Of a stretch of DNA of 64,000 nucleotides, positions 41,152 through 54,264 are shown piece by piece. Under the pieces are notes generated by a model. The model saw only the letters and a list, made by a program, of their open reading frames with translations. It searched no databases and was not told the DNA's origin. The stretch is from positions 3,006,686-3,070,685 of the forward strand of contig MU058337.1 of assembly GCA_013265495.1 (NCBI GenBank), read 5' to 3'. The first letter of the stretch is position 1. Every line of letters begins with the position of its first letter. The DNA comes from Vicugna vicugna (Eukaryota). A program made the position numbers and the translations under genes.

Positions 41152-42163
41152 TGTTATTGGAACTGAACAGAACCCTGTAGGGCCCCCACCCAAGTACGGA
41201 ACCAAGCAGTTGATGACTAAGACAATAGAGTCACAGACTCAGTGTGTGATACACATTTCTGAATTGTTTTATAGATACTGCCACCAGAGGGGAAAAGCTA
41301 ACTGTATGAAGACCAGACTGCAGACATGACATTAGCTGCTCCATCTTGAGCAGGACTTAACCTATGGCTAGCATGATTCTAAGAACTGGCCTCAAGAGAA
41401 TTGGATTAACACTATTGCTCACAATAATCTATATGTTTGTGGACATCAAAATAATTGTAGCTTGCTCTGTCTATACATGTAAGGAGGCAAGTAAAACTGT
41501 CAGCAAAAAGGTGGTACAGACCCAGGTTGATGTCTTCCACTCTGAGAATACAGTGCCCTATGTCAGCAAGAAGTTACAGAAGACAGACCTTCATCCTTAA
41601 TCCAGTAGAAATGGAATGATGTTTGACAGTGAGGCATTGAAAGCAGCTCTTTTGTCTCTTTCCTGTTTGCTCATTTCTGTCTCCCTCTAAACTAAGTATA
41701 GAAATGAGGTCACTAAGCAATTGAAACTAACTCCTGACTTTCCCTTTCCTGAATGCACACCACGTCTTGCCTAACCTGTTGATTCTTTTCCTAGATTAAA
41801 AGAAGTGAAGTAAGAATGAAGAATTCAACAGTTAAAGAATGATTAGCTCTCCACCCCCAACAGCCCCCTTGGCAATCCTGCAAGCAGATCACACAGGCAA
41901 GATAAGGGTCAGCCAGTCTGCACGCAATGGAGAATGAGTTAGAGCTCAACTTCCTCCTCAATGATTTACTGCGATTCTTGCCCCCCTCTCCCATTTTTCC
42001 CTTTAAAAACTGTCATGGCTGAGCAGAATTTTCAGAGTTGGTCTCTGGACCACCTTTTCCAAGATTGTCAGCTTTTCTGATTAAAGCATTTTTCCTTTCT
42101 ACTGACACTTGCCTCAAATTATTGGCTACTGAATGACAAGCAGCCAAACCTGCAATTGGTACT
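41152..42163 (+). mobile_element. ERV1-type LTR element, possibly composite
   Basis: Starts TGTTATTGGAAC; U3/R/U5-like end 'ccctttaaaaac...attaaagc...cagccaaacctgcaattggta'. Confidence 0.7.
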
Positions 42164-42195
42164 GGCATCTGAACATATGGCTTATCTAATGGCAC

Positions 42196-42716
42196 TGAAG
42201 GGAAGCAGAATTTGTCACCCCAAAATATATCTCTTTGGCATCAGAATTATTTTAAGCTGATTATTTTTAAGAAACAGCAGACACAGGGAAAACTCTTAAA
42301 ATCAAGATATGCTATCGTAAGAGATATCTGTATTTATAAGGGAAATCTCCATTTGTAAGAGTGTCTCCCTCTCTGTACCAAGAGAAGTGTGACTAAATCT
42401 CTAGAAATTCTCACCAATGGAGAAGGCACTTAAACTGGCATAACAACCATACCCTTGATTATTGTATTTTGCCTGATAATCTCCCACAAATGGCCTCCCT
42501 GCATCTGCTTTTGTCTTTAGCTGAAGATGATATTTAAGGTGGTGGCTTGGCCCTTTCAGAGCATTACTCAAGTTTTCCTGGGTATCTCTCACATATATAG
42601 GAGGTATTTGTGCTATTAAAATTCTGTTTTCCTTCTGTTAAGCTGTCTTTTACTACTAGAGATTCTTAGCCAAGAACCTAGAAGGGTAGAGGGAATATTC
42701 TTTTTCCTCCCCTACA
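42196..42716 (+). mobile_element. ERV1 solo LTR (MER34-like)
   Basis: TGAAGGG...CCCCTACA ends; 'caccccaaaatatatctctttggcat...attattttaagctga' is typical of MER34. Flanks gcac/tcac form a 4-bp TSD with one mismatch. Confidence 0.85.
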
Positions 42717-44123
42717 TCACTGATTGTATCTTTTCATTTCCCTAAGTTACAGAGGAGAATAAATGATAACCCAGTAATTTTTTACCAAACAAACTGAGTT
42801 TGGGCTTTGTAGAAGGCAGCCTCCTCATTTCAGTTATATGGATCACAATCAACTCCAAAATATTTTGCCAATGCAACTTTCTGATAATCTCAGAAATTGT
42901 GTGCACTGTAACTGAACATTTAATTCAAGTCTTCTTCATTTTTACTTTAGCAATTGAGATGGTAATTTGAAAGAATGATTTTTCTGTAGAAAGATCTGTC
43001 TTTCTTATAAGAGGTAGTACTTTGCTAAAGGTTAGCAACAAGTCTTTCTAAAGTGTTTAAATTATATTTTACATTCTAGTAACCTCATTTCTATCTTGTG
43101 GTTGCCATTCCTTTTAATATTCAGTAGGGCTTTATAGGAGTGGGCTATTTTATAGCAGAACAGAAAGAGTAAGTATTAAAATATTTGTTAACATCATCTG
43201 CATGATATATGAACCTTCCAAGTTAGAAATTCAGATTTTTCACAATAGGGGAAATTCCACTGTGGAGTATGCAATGGAGTCGATTAACTCACAGGTGAGA
43301 ACTACAACTCCTTTTATATAAATGTTCTTCACAGTCTAAGATATATGTTGCTGGCCCACAAATGAAAACTATATAAATCTACAAATGGAAATATAAACTT
43401 GAACCAAGAGGAAAAAAAAAAAAAGAAGTTGCTGACTCAGTGTTAAAAATCCCAGGGACTATTACTCCACTTGAAGACTCATTAGATTCTTTTGTCCAGG
43501 GATGAATGTTGAGAAATTTTTCCAAATTGTAGGACTCTATTGAGTTGATTTAAAACACAGTGGTACTTAGAGACTTCCTTCCTTGAACTCTGTGATTAAA
43601 GGAATGAAGAAGGCAATTAAAGGACAGTGTGTTGAACAATTAATATATGCAATGTCTCGAGGAAGAATTCAAGATTCTAAAGAACTAGTAGCCCTGTCTT
43701 GTAGAGGATTGTAACATAAGTTTGCAGACAGATGCATAAATCACTGACATAAGAAACACTTTTAAGGGATGAATAGAATCTCAACATTGCTCTCAGCACA
43801 GTGAATTAAAGATATATTTGCTTATTTGCAATAGATGCATGTAGGTTGAGTCTCTAAAAGTGCAGAGCACTTATAGAGCAAATCAAAAAGAAGTTAAAGG
43901 TTCACCACATAGTGAGGTGGGGTGGGTGTTACTGTTCTTAAAATTGTTCTTAACTCAGGTTGGTTTCTTTCCCCTCATTCTCAACATTCAGTCCACAGTG
44001 CCCTGGGCTCAAGAAATTGCCTGGTATGTAACGTATTTTAACAGTTACTTTTCAAGTTTATGGTTAGAAGTCATGTTATGTAGAAACTCAAGGGTCTCAA
44101 TTTAGGGTATATTAAAAAAGCAA

Positions 44124-44257
44124 GGAAGGAGGGTATAGCTCAGTGGTAGAGCACATGCTTAACATGCATGAGGTCTTGGGTTCAATCCTCAGTACCTCCA
44201 TTAAATAAATAAATAAACCAAATTACCTCCCTCCAAAATAGAAAATTAAACGTTTTT
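44124..44257 (+). mobile_element. tRNA-derived SINE (camelid vic-1 type)
   Basis: A box 'tagctcagtgg', B box 'ggttcaatcc', (taaa)n segment, and TSD aaaaagcaa at 44115-44123 and 44258-44266. Confidence 0.85.
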
Positions 44258-44502
44258 AAAAAGCAAAGGTATTATGTCATCAGGGCTAAAAGTTAATTCT
44301 TAGCTATTAGAGAATATTCTGGAAAAGTAGAGACATGGAAAAATGTATTTCAGTCTGGAACTCATTCTGAACATGGAGGGGAAATAGTCAGAGGTTATAC
44401 AGCAGTGTCATAACCAGACATACATACATTTTGGAACCTAGATCTCCTTAAAGCAGATGAAAGGATTTAGGGAAAAGAACTGGAGAGAAAGGGTCCACTT
44501 AC

Positions 44503-44606
44503 AAAGGAATCACAGTCACAGAAGTGACTGGAGCCAGAGCAGTGGCAACCACAGCAAATCACGTGGAGAGTGTCTCCTGCCGCCAACAGCTACCAGAAGA
44601 TAACAG
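44503..44606 (-). other. Candidate 104-nt spliced exon
   Basis: cattcttctcttcaacaccccag|CTGTTA...CCTTT|gtaagt. Confidence 0.35.
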
Positions 44607-45689
44607 CTGGGGTGTTGAAGAGAAGAATGAGTCCAAGTTAGGACATGTTGAGTTTGATAGAATGATCCATCGAAGTTTGGGAACTTAGATCTAGAAATTA
44701 GTAAGTCTGCAATACTACTTACAATAAATTTGGTTCTCATAGTATATATACGGTGGTTAAAAATCATGGTGTTTAAAATCATAGGCATAAAATGAGTCAA
44801 TGTTTTGAACAAGGTGATGCAGTGTTGTATAAAGAAAATGCCAAAGATGAAAATTTGAAGAGTGTATTTAAGGGACAGGATGAGAGACAGAGTGAGGTTG
44901 AGAGAGAGAGAAACAGAGAGACAGAGAGAGCAAGTGAGGAGAGAATGTAGACAGGAGTTTATTTCACAGAATCCAAAAGAACAGACTATTTCAGGACGAA
45001 ACAGCTTCGAGTTCTATAAGGAGACTTCTACAGCAACTTACAATCCTTCACTTCCCCTAAGTCTGTAATGCCGTTCTGCATACCTGTTCAACAGTCTCCA
45101 TGCTAATAACAAACAAAGAAGCTAAACCAGAGTAAAATTTATTCTAATAAGGATAACCAAGTAAGCCTGTTATTTTTGTTAATTTGTTAATATTTTTGTT
45201 AATTTCTTTCTTTTCCTAAATATTAAAAATAATAATAATAACAATATATCTACACCCCTCTCTAATTCCGTTTCTGTTATTCATACTTCAACCCCTTTCA
45301 AACTGTCTTCAGTCACCACCGCTCCAATTTTGAATGGCCCTCCTGGTTAACAATAACCAGCAGCTCACCGTGTGCAAATTCCTTTTGTATAAATCATCTG
45401 CCATAAAATATAAGAAATGCTTTACACATTTTTACAACCACCTCCTTGAAATTTCTCTCCCCTGACTTGGCATTATACTTTTATGTTTCTTCCATTGCCT
45501 TTATACATAATCATTCCTTTGGAGTTTTTTAACCTGTCTTCCACCTTTTTTCCTTTTTTCTTATAATGGTATAACAGAACATGGATTACACGTAGATATT
45601 TTAAGTAAGGACATCTTCAGTGCCTGCCCATGAAAAGGTAGTACTATACTGTAGGTTGAGGTATAAACCTAAATCACTATAATATGGGA

Positions 45690-45852
45690 CAGTCATTCTT
45701 GAACCTGGCCGAATGTTTGAATCAATGGGTGGCTTTAAAATGACCAATTCCTGGCCCCACTGAAGATAAACATAATGTGAGACAAGTGGATATTTTATAT
45801 TTTTCAAAGTTCTCCACATGATTCAAATATGCAGCCAGAGTTGAGAACCACA
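45690..45852. mobile_element. MER5A/B-like hAT-Charlie MITE
   Basis: End 'tgattcaaatatgcagccagagttgagaacca'. Confidence 0.7.
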
Positions 45853-46259
45853 GATTTTGTGGGAGAAGATTCTGATATAAAAACCTATGCTGATGGTTAT
45901 GAGTTAATTTGGATTAAAAATTTACCTTCCTGGGAGGAAAAGGGAACATTCTAGAAAGGGCTAAACATTTGAGGTTGCTGTTTAAATCTAGAAAGGAAAG
46001 GATTAAAATAATAAGTGATGTGTTTGGGTTTGGCAAGGATTCAGAATTATAATCTGTAAGATGATTGGGTGATACAAAGGAATTTTATAGAAGTGGATGG
46101 ACCAGTGGCATAGTGGGTAAAAAAGCTCCCCCCCCCCAAGAATGTGTGCAGAGTTTGATTTCCCTGATTTCCAAATATCTCCAGACCTTGGTCCCAGCAT
46201 ACCCACTGCCTTTCCTTAGGACAACATGCTCTTGTGCTGGAGACTAGCTAAAATCACGC

Positions 46260-46460
46260 TGACTCAGAACCCCCACATCCTGAGTCTTGGTTCTGCTTCT
46301 TTTTTGGTTTGTGATTTAAGGAAACTTATTTCATATGTATTATTCTGAATTTTATTATCTGTGAAATCACAATGACTGTACCTAAGGTCATTACCATGAC
46401 TGAGTGAGATAATTTCTATGAAATTACTAGTGCATATTAAGAACTCAATATAGAGTTATC
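46260..46460 (+). mobile_element. MIR SINE
   Basis: 'tctgaattttattatctgtgaaat...tgagtgagataat...gaactcaata'. Confidence 0.6.
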
Positions 46461-46677
46461 TTTTCAGTCATTTGTTTTCCACTAGAAGTGAAGCACTTTG
46501 CCCATCTAATCCACTGGCTGTCTTTGAACATAAACTGTGCATTTCCATCTTTCTAATTTTATTCATCTTATTCTCACCTCCTTCTTCCAGTCACCACATA
46601 CAGACGCCTTTTTATCCTCAGAGACCCAAAGCAAGTGCACCTTTCCTGGTTGCACTGTGTTCTGGCTTTGCTAAAGG

Positions 46678-46847
46678 TAGACATAAAAATTCTAATCAAA
46701 ATTATTTTTTTCCCACATAGTAATTTGATAAATTCTTATTGGATATATGTTAAATATTTCATTCATGCTAAATTATCTGAAAACCACAGAGTAGGTGTGT
46801 GTAAAACTATAGACTATGAAATAGTTGTATAAATAAAGGTTTTAAAG
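46678..46847 (+). repeat. Local direct duplication, copy 1 (~170 bp)
   Basis: Aligns by eye with 47937-48113. Confidence 0.9.
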
Positions 46848-47936
46848 AATAACAATTAATTATACTGCATACTTCTGCAGGGGCAGCTGGCACGGGGAAA
46901 AAAGAGAACAATGAACATCCACCATAAGAATTTACCACAGTAAATATAAATTGTCATACTTTTCATTTTAAAATCCCCATTATTTTGAAAGGGGGAGCAA
47001 AGGAAATTGGGTTCAGAAACTTGTTTAAAACATGCCTTCCAAGGCCACCCACCCAATATTCTAACCTCAAACGGACTAATTAGGTACCTTGCTTTATGAG
47101 GCATGTGCTTCAAGAACTAGGCTAATTTTTAATAGCACAGCCAGGAAAAACAACCGAAGTAGAAAAATATTTTTATAGTTGAAAAACTTGGCACCGCTTT
47201 TTCTGCAACTGAGAACATATTTTGGCTCTCCTTATTATGAACGGCTGGAAAGACAAAAAGAATTAAGATGCACACAGAAGGCTTTTGAAATGAAGTTTTG
47301 AATAATTTGCATATCGGCACAGAAATGAGACCATACTCTTGACTGCTAATTTAAATAATCAAACATATACAGCATAATAAAAAAAGGAACAATGAGCCCT
47401 GAGGGATGTATAATGCAGCATAAAATTAAAAAGAGGTTGACCTGACTGACACTAAATTTGATTGAGAAGCTTCTCTCAAAGGGCACCTGCCCTTTCATTC
47501 TTACAAACAACTTACAGGTCAAGTGAATTCCTTGTATTAGTGGAAGACTTTCATGTCAGGAAAGATCCACATTCTCTGATTTAGCCCTCAAACCCATATA
47601 TTTATTTGAATTGAATTAAAACCTAAAAGACTATGATTATGTCATATTCCAAGCCAGCTGTACATAGCATTTAATTACTATACACTTTACTTAAGATTAA
47701 AATTATTATGGATTTTGATGATGATTGGAGGTTTACAGATGTTGGTCAAGTCATTCAGAGAGCAGAATGAGATTTAGATTTTAATTTCATTTTTTTTAAA
47801 CTTTAAGAATACAAACCTTAGTAACATAAAAATAGGACATTTTATTCTAGTTGTAAAAGAAAGTTTATTTTTTATTTAAAACACATACATTTTATTTCTA
47901 ATATCTATTTGTATATACAACTTGTAATGTATGAGA

Positions 47937-48113
47937 TAGACATGCAAATTCTAAAAATGTTATTTTTCCCACATAGTAATGTAGTAAACAATTGCTAAAG
48001 TCTTATTGGATAAATACTAAATATTTTATTCATGCTGACTGTCTTAAAATTGCAGAATAGGTGTGTGTAAAACTATGGGCTATGAAATATTTGTATAAAT
48101 AAAGATTTCAAAG
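47937..48113 (+). repeat. Local direct duplication, copy 2
   Basis: Shared blocks 'tttttcccacatagtaat', 'tcttattggata', 'attcatgct', 'taggtgtgtgtaaaactat', 'ttgtataaataaag'. Confidence 0.9.
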
Positions 48114-48350
48114 CATATATACACATATAAAATGATACATCTAAATATATAATATATCTAAACATTGATGTACATAATATATATGTCACATATATGATAT
48201 ATTATATATTATAATGTGTACATGTTATGAGCATAAAATATAATACATAAAATTTGTGTTTATATGCAGAAAATCTGAGAACACAGACGTTTGTGTGTAT
48301 GTAAGAGAGAGAAAGATGCAGAGAGAGACCTTGTACAGAATCGGCCTCAC

Positions 48351-48500
48351 CCTGTTTGAGAGTCATTGCTTCAACAAGATAGAGATGCTCTCTGTATGGG
48401 GTGACAGACTTTGGGCTGTCTGTGTCAGCACAGGGGGATACTTTCACTGTCTCATGGAGTGTCCTGTGGATTGGAGACTCAGGCAATGCCACCAGCAAAC
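48351..48500 (-). other. Candidate 150-nt spliced exon
   Basis: ctcctcttttctgagccccag|GTTTGC...AAACAGG|gtgagg. One frame is open but the peptide is not recognised. Confidence 0.35.
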
Positions 48501-49879
48501 CTGGGGCTCAGAAAAGAGGAGTGTCAGGAAGAGCACAGCCAGCTCTGCTGAGAACACATGGAGGAGAATTAGGGAACACCCAGGAATGCTACTGGGGTAG
48601 GCGCTCTGGAAGAGGGCGCTGAAGCCCATCAGTTATAAAGCTCAGGGACCCGGAGCTGGCAGATCTGAACGTTATTTCTAGCCGCTGACTGATGTGTCCT
48701 GGCAACATATGAATTGCTTTAGCAACCAAGTCCCTAAAGGAAGAAGTGAGAATCCAGGATGAGACTGGATTAAACTAAAACTGCTTGGAGCGGAAGAATA
48801 TCTGGACTGGACTAGAACAGACCCTGCTCCCTGAGCTACTTTGATGAAGAATCATCATCACTGCCTTAGCCGTGAGACTCCTGAAATCATTATTAAAACT
48901 CAGAATCCACCTGCTTTGTGTTCTGAGTCTGGTGGTAAACTGTGTCAATAGTCCCCTTTCCAAAGGCCTTTTTTTTTGGGTGGTTGTTTCTTTGCTTGCT
49001 TTTATTAAAATATAAAAGTATGTCAGTCCACATATAGTCACAGTTAATATAGTTTTGTGTCTATTTAAGTGCCTTATTTTAATAAATATATTTGTAAAGC
49101 AAAACATCAAGTAAGCTTTTTCTATTATTTTCTTGTATATTCTATCAAATTTACTTTTTTACCAAGAGGTTTCATTGAAAGATTTATCGATAGTTTGAAA
49201 TATTCTAAATGGCAACATTGGAATTTCAAACTTAAATATTCAGTGCTCAAATGGAAATAGTTCAGCTTCTCTCTTACCTTTTTTAAAGTATAAATTTAAG
49301 TATCATTTTGTTTGCAAGATTTATTTTATTAGTTGCAATGAACTAATATTAAATTGTCAAACAGTCATCTTTGGGCACATTGTTAAAGTAATCATTAACT
49401 TTTGGCAAAGCAGTTTATAAAGAATGTCCTGGTTTTATGGTCACCCCTCCTACCCTCGAAAGGTGGGCTGCATCTTACATCAACCCCAAAGGTAGGCTGC
49501 ACCTTACATCCAAAATAGGTTCCAGTATTGAGCCTAACGATCCCACACCTGCAGCAAGAGGCTATGAATATATTTACCACTACTTGATAAGGCTTTTTGG
49601 AGAGGGCAGGGTCATTTTAAGAAGATCCTGAAATGGTCTGAGGATTTGGGGTGGTTAGGAGGTAGGACTGGGATGAGGGTTTCCCAGTAAAGGCTTGTGT
49701 GGTTGGAACATTCAGGATTTCTTATGAGCTCACAAGACATAGGACAGAAAGAGAAAGTGGTGGGGTGGGGAGAAGGCTTGAAAGCAGTTAGCATCAAACA
49801 TGAAAACTGCAGTCTGATTCTATTATGTTTCACTATTCTTACATAATAAAACCGTGCTTGGGTTGTTCTGACATTGCGT

Positions 49880-50247
49880 TGTAGCATGACTTATCATCCC
49901 CCCAAATCTTTATGTTAATGCCCTAACCCCCAGTACCTCAGATGGGACTGCATTTGGAGACAGGGCCTTTAGAAAGTTAAAATGGAGTCCTCAGGGTGGG
50001 GCTTAATTCAGTTTGACTGATGTCTTTATAAAAAGAGGAGATCATGACAAAGACGACATAGACAGAAGAATGACCTGGGAGGTCAAAGCAAGAAGGTGAC
50101 CAGCTGCAAACCAAGAAAGAGGCCTTGGAAGAAATTAAACTTTCTGACACCTTGATCTTGGGCGTTCAGCCTTCAAAATTTTGTGAGAAGTGAAGTAAAT
50201 ACCTATTCTGTGGTGTTTTTCTGTGGCAGCCCCAGCAAGTGAATGCA
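49880..50247 (+). mobile_element. MaLR LTR (MLT1A/B-like)
   Basis: 'ccctaacccccagtacctcaga...tttggagacagggccttta...gacaccttgatcttgg...ggcagccccagcaagtgaatgca'. Confidence 0.85.
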
Positions 50248-50354
50248 CCAGGACTGTTAGGCATGGCGTCCTGCTAAAAATCAACAGCATCCATCAGTTC
50301 TTTGGGAAAAAACTTACCACTTCTGGGGGGAGTCTATGTGGTTCAAAATGCATT

Positions 50355-50665
50355 CCAGGAAATGCAAATGAAAGCCATGATGAGAGACCACTGTCCACCT
50401 ACTAAGATGGCTCAAATTGAAAACCCTAACATACCAAGTGTCAGCAAGAATTTCGAGCAACTCGAACAAAGGTTCATACACTGCTGGTTAAAAGTAAAAT
50501 GGTATAGTCCTGGGCAATTAGTATACATTTACATACATATACATTATACCACCAATCAAGTGCATCCCTGGATATTTCTCTAAGAAAATGAAACATTTGT
50601 TTTACAAAGATTTGCACTTGGATTTTTACAGGAGATTTATTCCATCAGGAACAACTGAACTGTCT
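50355..50665 (+). mobile_element. Old L1M fragment (ORF2 end/3' UTR)
   Basis: 'ggaaatgcaaatgaaagccatgatgaga...ataccaagtgtcagcaaga...tacactgctgg'. Confidence 0.75.
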
Positions 50666-50743
50666 ACCTGAAGACAGAACGTAAGGCTGGGAGACTGGAA
50701 CGTGGGACGGAATGGGCATCAGATGTCATCCCTTCACTCTTAC

Positions 50744-50815
50744 AACTTCCTTGGAAAGAAAAGTTTGTGTGTAGGCTTTCTGTCATGATTCAGTACGTTC
50801 TGTCGATGGCCACCT
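50744..50815 (-). other. Candidate 72-nt spliced exon
   Basis: Perfect TACTAAC branch motif (50834-50840), weak acceptor cctaagcag|, donor GTT|gtaaga. Confidence 0.25.
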
Positions 50816-51679
50816 CTGCTTAGGCATCGTGTGGTTAGTAGAAGACACTATAGTTATTTTAACAATGACCATTATCTAATCTCTTTTTTACTTCAGTAGT
50901 AAGAAAAGGATTATCTGCAATCGATAAAAGCCATGGTAGAGAAAAACAGAGCATTTTACAAATACATTGTATTACGAAAAGGGTGTCCTGGTCACAATGT
51001 AGATCTTTAATTTGAGTCCTTGGACAAGACAACGTACCAAAAGTTCTTGATTCTTATCCTAATTCTGTTTGGTTCTATTTGTTGCCTCACAGGGACAGTT
51101 TCACAATTTCTCAAGGCCATTATAACGTCAAAATGTAGCTTTCTAGGCTCCATCTGCTTTTGCTCCTGCATCATAATAACACAACTGGGACCTGTTTTGA
51201 ATGCTACTGACAGTTTGAGAATTCTGGCATATTATTTTGGATATTTCTGCTAATTTATGTCACCAAAATTACTGATTTGAGACTGAGCATTTGCCCACAG
51301 GCATTGCATAATTAATGTTTCATCAGTTACTTATTGCATTTATAGATTGAACTTGCTACCAAATTTTGAGATATACTATTTGGTAATTAACCATAATCCC
51401 CTTAAAATGTAGTGCAATGATATAGAAACATTGTGGTTTAAGAATGACATTGAATCTGCGACTTTAATTTTCAGAGTTAACAAGATATATTTTAGATAAA
51501 AGATTGAAACTGAGTTTAGATAATTCACATCAATTCAGATTGGTCAGCTATTTCTAGATAATAAGTTAAGACAGTTGATAATTTTTTTCTTAAAGAAATA
51601 TTCTTTAAAATGTATTTACATAGTATAGATCTTCCAGGTAAAGACTTCATTAATGGATTTATAATGAAAGTAATGGCTG

Positions 51680-51860
51680 CAAGTTAGACTTGTGTTCATA
51701 TCTAGCCTTTTCTATTTGACACTTCTATTTTGACAAGGCATAGGATTTCTTGGTTCATTTGTTGTCTCTAAAAATCTGAATATAGTGATAGAACCTCCAC
51801 CTTATGGGTTTTATGCAATTCAAATGAGGTATTACATACAAAGTTTGCAACAAAAATTAT
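51680..51860 (+). mobile_element. MIR SINE
   Basis: 'tgtgttcatatctagcc...gtctctaaaa...atgcaattcaaatgaggta'. Confidence 0.55.
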
Positions 51861-52305
51861 AGTAACACTATTTTTTTAAAAACTCCATTTCAGGTATTGT
51901 GATACAGACAATTAGACATGAAGGTATTTAAGCAAATGCACTGGTAGCTAGATAAATCTATAGCAAGCTTCGAAACAAGGAGACGAGGATGAACAGCCCT
52001 AATAAAGTGTGAATTAAGTACTAAATGCAGGTCAGGGTAGAGAGCTAGAGGTTCATCAAAGCTGAGTGCCTGTGTGATGTGAGGTGAGATGGTCAGGGGT
52101 GAAGTCACAAGGCAGGGAGCCAGACACACGGGGTTAGGGGATGATGACTCATGGAGTTGTTTATTTTCATGTAGGGTATTAGAATATGGAAATAATTTGA
52201 ATCTGTTTTCTGCTTTCCCAAAATTCTCCAAATTTTGCAGAGTAACATTGGGTTACATGATGGAATTTGAAATAGATATACATATGTACAGAGAAATAAA
52301 CATAC

Positions 52306-52307
<2 letters not shown>

Positions 52308-52357
<50 letters not shown>
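52308..52357. repeat. (TA)n(CA)n microsatellite
   Basis: Directly visible. Confidence 0.95.
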
Positions 52358-53609
52358 TTTACACATACTCTATGATCTTTGAGCATTGGAATTTATCAAC
52401 ATCACAATTTCATAAACTTCAAAAATATATAGCATTTTTAGACCATTCTGCAATGATAACATAACCAGAAAAAAGTTGAAAAGTACTGTCTTTATGGCTC
52501 AATGACAATATATGTTATTTTCTAGAAAGTGGGAAAAATGCATCTTAGCTACAAATATTTATTTCTACATGACTGCTGTCAATTCCAAGGGATGAAATTT
52601 TTTAAAACAGCTTTTGTCACAGGATATTTGGACAATATTATTTTAAAGATCAATATACTTTAAAAATTTATTAATCATTTAGAAATGGATATATTTGAGT
52701 ATGTTTTAAAATATAATATTTGGAAAATAAAATTAATATTTAATGGTTAGTAATTTTATCATTGTCCACACTTGTAGACTTAATAGATTTAATGACAATT
52801 AAAGAAGTTTTGTTAAGGTAAAATAAAATTTGATGAAATAAGTAAACTGGTCTGAATACTTCCTTTAAAGCATTTAATGATACTATAAATTGAATAATTT
52901 TTGAAGCTACACTATTTTTGTGCTTTTTGTGCCTTATGTATACTAAGCTTATTAAGTTGTAGGACTGATACAATTGTAGGTACAGATTACATATTTTTGA
53001 AATAAATAAATGACACGTTAGCTGTGGAACATGTATTTCAGGAAACAAGTGGTGCAATTGTTTTCATTTTTTCATGAGAACTGGGTTGCAAAAACTACAG
53101 CATTAGTTGATGCATTTTTGCAGCCCTGTGTGGACATCAGTACATTCAGTACATATCTTCTGAATCAAATTGAATTCAATTAAATTTAATTCATTATTTT
53201 AATTGAAACTTTGTGTGGAGTTAGAAAGTAAAACAATTCTATAGACTGAGAAACTCAAGCTTACAGTTTGGCTGGGTCCCAACAACTAAAACGATGTCCT
53301 CTAATTATTAAGGGAAATTTTCTGATTCTATTGCCTTTTTCTGGGAAGTAATACTGTTTCTATTTTTCATCCAATAATAAAGCATACTGCTCAAGGAAAG
53401 TGAAACGCATCGCAATTACAACATGCGAAACTGAAAATAATCTAAACATTTTCTCATCTTGGTTTCAAACAGAGTCAACTTTCTTCAGTGGAAATATTCA
53501 TATTAGAAGGATGATCCCCAAATGATCAAATCTTCAGAATATTCCTTATGTCAAAGTGGGTACAATAGGAAAGAAGTTTTAAAAACCAGATAACCTGAAA
53601 TTACATAGA

Positions 53610-53657
53610 ATAAAACCCACTCACTAAATAAACCCACTCAATAAAACCCACTCACTA
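53610..53657. repeat. Three-copy short tandem repeat (aaacccactca core)
   Basis: ataaaacccactcacta / aataaacccactca / ataaaacccactcacta. Confidence 0.85.
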
Positions 53658-54185
53658 CCATAGCATTAAGTACCAACATATGACCTGATAATTAGTATTT
53701 TGGTCTATGCTAATTATATAACCTTTAAAAAATGGAAAGGAAATGGTTTATACCAATCTTGCCATGAACATGTCCACAGTTAGTATTTACATCCTAAATG
53801 ATAATCACAGCTGACAGATTTTGTTGTGATTTTAGCCATAAGGTAATTCACTTACTGCAACAAGCACTAAATATATATTTCTATAAAAAAAAAGGAATTA
53901 TATCAAAACATATCTGGAAAATTAAAACAATGTTCAAGTTGACTTAAGTTCCAAAAATATTACCGCTTGTGAAAATTTCACAGGATGTAGGCTAGGCACT
54001 GAAGAGTGTCTAGAATAGTGTCTTTTTTAGAAATTTAATTTAAGGGTCTAATTTACTTCTTTTTAAACTAAATATTTCTAAACTCTTATCAAGCAAAATA
54101 GTCAAACAACAATGACAAATATTTGCACGCACCCAGGCCACCCAGGAGAAGCAACATAATTGAGGTTTTCAGACTTCAGACTTAC

Positions 54186-54264
54186 TTGTACAGCGTGGTG
54201 TGTTCTCCCAGAGGTCCCCCAATGAAGCGATACCGGTATTTTTTCTCTGATTCTTGAAAGTGTT
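54186..54264 (-). other. Candidate 79-nt spliced exon
   Basis: cctcattctaatttag|AACACT...GTACAA|gtaagt. GC- and CpG-richer than its flanks; all three frames are open. Confidence 0.45.

Noticed and set aside
44131..44200. tRNA-like sequence
   Set aside because: It is the head of a SINE with a tail and TSD, not a tRNA gene.
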